From positions 63,240,001 through 63,304,000 of the forward strand of contig NC_082723.1 in assembly GCF_030144855.1 (NCBI RefSeq): a DNA stretch of 64,000 nt. Reading direction: 5' to 3'. Made by a program: the position numbers and the translations under genes. Position 1 is the first letter of the stretch. The number at the start of each line of letters is the position of its first letter. The notes under the pieces are model-generated. The model saw nothing but the letters and a program-made list of their open reading frames with translations, was not told where the DNA came from and did not search any database. The stretch comes from Hypanus sabinus (lineage: Eukaryota). Positions 61,071-64,000 of this stretch are shown here, in pieces.

Positions 61071-62285
61071 GTTGACGAGGGTAAGGCAGTGGATGTAGTC
61101 TATATGGACTTCAGCAAAGCCTTTGACAAACTTCCACATGGAAGGTTAGTTAAGAAGGTTCAGTCGTTAGGTATTAATGCTGGAGTAATAAAATGGATTC
61201 AACAGTGGCTAGATGGGAGATGCCAGAGTGTAGTGGTGGATAATTGTTTATCGGGATGGAGGCCGGTGACTAGCGGGGTGCCTCAGGGATCTGTTTTGGG
61301 CCCAATGTTGTTTGTAATATACGTAAATGATCTGGATGATGGGGTGGTAAATTGGATTAGTAAGTATGGCGATGATACTAAGGTAGGAGGTGTTGTGGAT
61401 AATGAGGTGGGTTTTCAAAGCTTGCAGGGAGATTTATGCCGGTTAGAAGAATGGGCTGAACGTTGGCAGATGGAGATAAATGCTGAGAAGTGTGAGGTTC
61501 TACATTTTGGCAGGACTAATCCAAATAGAACATACAGGGTAAATGGTAGGGCATTGAGGAATGCAGAGGAACAGAGAGATCTAGGAATAACAGTGCATAG
61601 TTCCCTGAAGGTGGAGTCTCATGTAGATAGGGTGGTGCAGAAGGCTTTTGGAACGCTAGCCTTTATAAATCAGAGCATTGAGTACAGAAGTTGGGTTGTA
61701 ATGTTAAAATTGTACAAGGCATTGGTAAGGCCAAATTTGGAATATTGTGTGCAGTTCTGGTCACTGAATTATAGGAAAGATATCAATAAATTAGAGAGAG
61801 TGCAGAGACGATTTACTAGGATGTTACCTGGGTTTCAGCACTTAAGTTACAGAGAAAGGTTGAACAAGTTAGGTCTCTATTCATTGGAGCATAGAAGGTT
61901 GAGGGGGGATTTGATCGAGGTATTTAAAATTTTGAGAGGGATAGATAGAGTTGACGTGAATAGGCTGTTTCCATTGAGAGTAGGGGAGATTCAAACGAGA
62001 GGACATGATTTGAGAGTTAGGGGGCAGAAGTTTAAGGGAAACACGAGGGGGTATTTCTTTACTCAGAGAGTGATAGCTGTGTGGAATGAGCTTCCTGTAG
62101 AAGTAGTAGAAGCCAGTTCAGTTGTGTCATTTAAGGTAAAATTGGATAGGTATATGGACAGGAAAGGAGTGGAGGGTTATGGGCTGAGTGCGGGTAGGTG
62201 GGACTAGGTGAGATTAAGAGTTTGGCACGGACTAGGAGGGCCGAGATGGCCTGTTTCCGTGCTGTGATTGTTATATGGTTACATA
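61071..62285 (+). mobile_element. 5'-truncated young CR1 with an uninterrupted 372-aa ORF2 segment
   Basis: DVVYMDFSKAFDK..GVPQGSVLGP..YGDDTK..RPNLEYCVQFW, open to the natural stop. Confidence 0.95.
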
Positions 62286-62289
62286 GGAT

Positions 62290-63990
62290 AGATTATATAC
62301 ATTGATTGTATGCCCATTAGAAGACGCTGGTCTGTACAAAAAGTGACTGACAGGAAATAATAAAGTAGTTGTGGAGTTTGGAGATGTTGATCAGTCTTAC
62401 CTCTTGGGGAAAGTAATTTTTGGTAGTCCTGGCGTGGATACCATGTAGCTTCCTCCCTCATGTGAGTGGAACAAATAGTCTTATGAGCTGTGTATGTGGG
62501 ATACTTCTATGATGTTACTGGCACCTTTCTGTATATATGTCCTTGATGGTGGGCAGGCTGGTGCCAGTGATGCATTGGGCAGTTTTGACAACCTGTTGTA
62601 GAGCCTTTCTGTCCACTGCAGTACAGTTTCCATACCAAGCAGTAATGCAGCTTGTTAGAATGCTCTCTACTGTGTATCTAGAATGATGCAAAGTCTAGCT
62701 GACTTCAGCCTCCTCAGAAAGAGAAAGTGTTGGCAAGCTTTCTTGACTGTAGGATGCATTCTGGGACCGAGAAGTTGTGTGTGATGTGTATTCCCAGAAG
62801 CTTAGAAACTGCTCGTGGTTTCCACGGCAGTGCTGCTGACGTAGAGAGGGGTGTGAGTGGTGCAAATCCTCCTGAAGTCGATAACCATCTCCTTTCTCTT
62901 GTTGACATCGAGGAACAGGTTAACCTCGAGTTCTTTTATCTCCTTTCTTTCAACTGTCTCGTTAGTGAAGAGCCCTACTGCTGTCATGTCATTGGCGAAG
63001 TTGATGATGTGATTGCTCTGGTGTTTGTCTGTGCAGTTAAATGTGAGCACAGTGTACAGCAGTGGGCTCACCACACAGCCCCTGGGGGCACACATGTTGA
63101 GGATGATGGGAAGTGGTTGTGCACCCTGAGTATCTAAAATCTGTTAGGAAGTCCAACTCCCATTTGTACAGTGGTGAGTTTAGACCGAGGAGTTGGAGTT
63201 TGTTCATCAAGTTCTGTGGGATCATTATGAGAGCCAAGCTGAAATCCAGAATCATCATTCTGACATAAGTATCGTTGTTTTGTATTTGCATCAGGGGCAA
63301 GTACAGGACAGGTGCTATGGCATTTGTACATATTGGTGAAGTGGCCAAAGTGGCAGGAAATGTTTTTACATGTGCCATTATCAGCCACTCAAAGCATTTT
63401 GTGATGATTGGTGTCAGTGCCACTGGGCAATAGTCACTTACTTCTGAAAGTGTACAGTTCTTTGGTGCATGATGTTGGATGATTTGAAGCCTGTGGGGAC
63501 AGCAGCCTGGATGAGTGAGGTGGTGAAGATGTCACTAAGCTGGTGTGGTGTACACACTCCCTGAGTACTTGACCTGGGATGTTGTCTGCTCCGGCTACCT
63601 TACAGGGTTGACTTTCTACAGAGCTCGTCTCACATCTGCTTCTATTACAGACTGGTTGCTGACCTTGGAGGAGGATAGCTTTCTTGGCCAGAGTTGTATT
63701 ATATGCCTCAAAGCATGCATAAAAGTTGTTCAGAGAATCAGAGGGAGAAGTCACTGTTGATGCTGTTTTTCTTTGTGTAGTCAGTAATGCCCTTGATGCC
63801 TAGCCACATTCACTGGTGATCAATTTTTTGTGTGTAGGAGGTCTTTAAACTCCCTGAGCAGGTACTGCGGCTGGCATTTAACTGCAAGGTGCTCAATTCC
63901 CTCAGAACAGTGACGACTAACTACAGTTAAGTTTGTGCACCAATCTTTGCTAATGTACGCATTAGATTCCACCTCCTTTAGATTTTCCTG
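62290..63990 (-). mobile_element. Rex1/Babar LINE RT region, degenerate
   Basis: ALTPIITKCFE; YVRMMILDFS; APRGCVVSPLLY; FANDMTAVGL. Confidence 0.85.
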
Positions 63991-64000
63991 ACTGAGTTCC

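Overview
Eukaryotic (vertebrate) genomic DNA. The repeat set (CR1, Rex1/Babar, Penelope, V-SINE, Tc1/mariner, Gypsy) suggests a cartilaginous fish, probably a ray; this is an inference. Two host genes can be reconstructed. (1) A complete 5-exon FIS1 on the minus strand: CDS 44748-44704, 41491-41359, 40723-40647, 40559-40454, 29760-29663; 459 nt, 152 aa, all introns GT-AG. (2) About 12 kb away, head-to-head on the plus strand, the promoter and first three exons of a stromalin gene, most likely the meiotic cohesin STAG3. Almost everything else is decayed, often nested, transposable elements. The largest nest (5674-16515) is a sushi-type chromoviral Gypsy containing a hAT end, a Tx1 LINE and a second Gypsy with a PNMA-type gag; the inner Gypsy itself carries a solo LTR and a Rex1-tailed non-autonomous element. 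Most ORFs in the supplied track are TE remnants or antisense shadows. I found no prokaryote-style novel system. The best leads are a possible tail-anchor-less FIS1 splice variant, E2F6/MYB-like motifs at the STAG3-like promoter, hammerhead and possible HDV-like ribozyme relics in FIS1 intron 4, a mariner fold-back hairpin, and YY1-headed bipartite Rex1 derivatives. TE boundaries are approximate unless a TSD or TIR is quoted.
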